Assembly: GCF_018977255.1 (NCBI RefSeq)
Contig: NW_024704743.1
Location: 12,464,001 to 12,528,000 of the forward strand
From: Callorhinchus milii
Lineage: Eukaryota
Length of the DNA: 64,000 bases
Reading direction: 5' to 3'
In this document: piece by piece, positions 63,241 to 64,000 of the stretch
How the letters are laid out: every line of letters starts with the position of its first letter
Numbering within the stretch: position 1 is the stretch's first letter
Notes under the pieces: generated by a model
What the model saw: only the letters and a program-made list of their open reading frames with translations
What the model was told of the DNA's origin: nothing
Databases searched by the model: none
Position numbers and translations under genes: made by a program

Positions 63241-64000
63241 GGGGGGAGGGTTGATGTTCTGGGGAACATGAAGCAGACTGAGTTAGTAGAGTGGGGTGAT
63301 AGGGCGGGGACTTAGTACTGCAGGAAATCAGAGAAGACAGATGTAGGGTGTGGAGATGTTTGAAAATTAGCACAGGGATCTTAAAATCAATCTGGGTGAT
63401 GGAATACGGAGCCAATTGTGACTGGTGAAGATGCGATGATGGACTACATTCACTTGAAGGACATACATGCTCGTCCAGGACTTGATGTCTGAATGGTCGT
63501 CTGTCAGGGAAGGTGCAATCCTAGAGTCAAGTGTGGAAGAACACACAGGGACAAGTGTGCTACATGGAGCATGCAAAGCAGAATAACTTTGAAATTTTCT
63601 AATGAATGGATAACAGGATAACTGGACTACACTGTTTTAGAATTTGCCAAATATTAAAAATTACTTTTTCTACATTTTCTACAAAAAATTTACAGCAGGC
63701 ACAGATCTATTTTCCCCTTTATTATTTGATTCACTGTAGTAATGCCACTATCTGCAAATTGCAAGTATTCTAACCCAATTATTTCTGATGAAATTACTGA
63801 AGGGTATGTGGAAAGAACAGAGATAGTGTTCAGAACAGCGTCTTTAGTTTGATGTTGCTATGGAAATAAGCACAGCAAATTTGAAATTTTTNAATGCAAA
63901 TGTTATGAATCTGTTTCAATGCTACAGGGGTGGATTCTGCCTTTATTTTGTAGGGTAAGAGATTTGGGCTTGCATGATTTCAGTTTTAATTTCTGGCAGT

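Overview
This is vertebrate nuclear DNA, probably from a cartilaginous fish and possibly a chimaera (inferred from the repeat landscape only). Two genes lie head-to-tail on the + strand. The first is the 3' half of PRKAG2 (AMPK gamma-2): eight internal coding exons from 4712 to 22496, a terminal exon at 30845 and a 3' UTR ending near 32480. The second is the 5' part of RHEB: a CpG-island promoter at ~34270-34940, exon 1 CDS at 35365-35416, a ~26.7 kb intron 1, and exon 2 at 62160-62231. The PRKAG2-RHEB order matches human synteny. Introns are dense in transposons: a young near-full-length L2-clade LINE (27124-30530), decayed L2 relatives, CR1 3' ends, two tRNA-derived SINE families sharing the L2 tail, hAT-type MITEs and a non-autonomous Helitron encoding STPR-like 23-aa repeats. 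Most ORF-track entries are spurious or TE-derived. The most notable observations are two possible PRKAG2 C-termini (one gamma-3-like), the STPR Helitron, a -1 frame offset shared by two L2 copies, compensatory variation in the L2/SINE 3' stem-loop, microhomology-bounded deletions and a near-perfect inverted duplication in RHEB intron 1. I found no clear evidence of a wholly new biological system. All homology statements are from memory of the families, not from a search.
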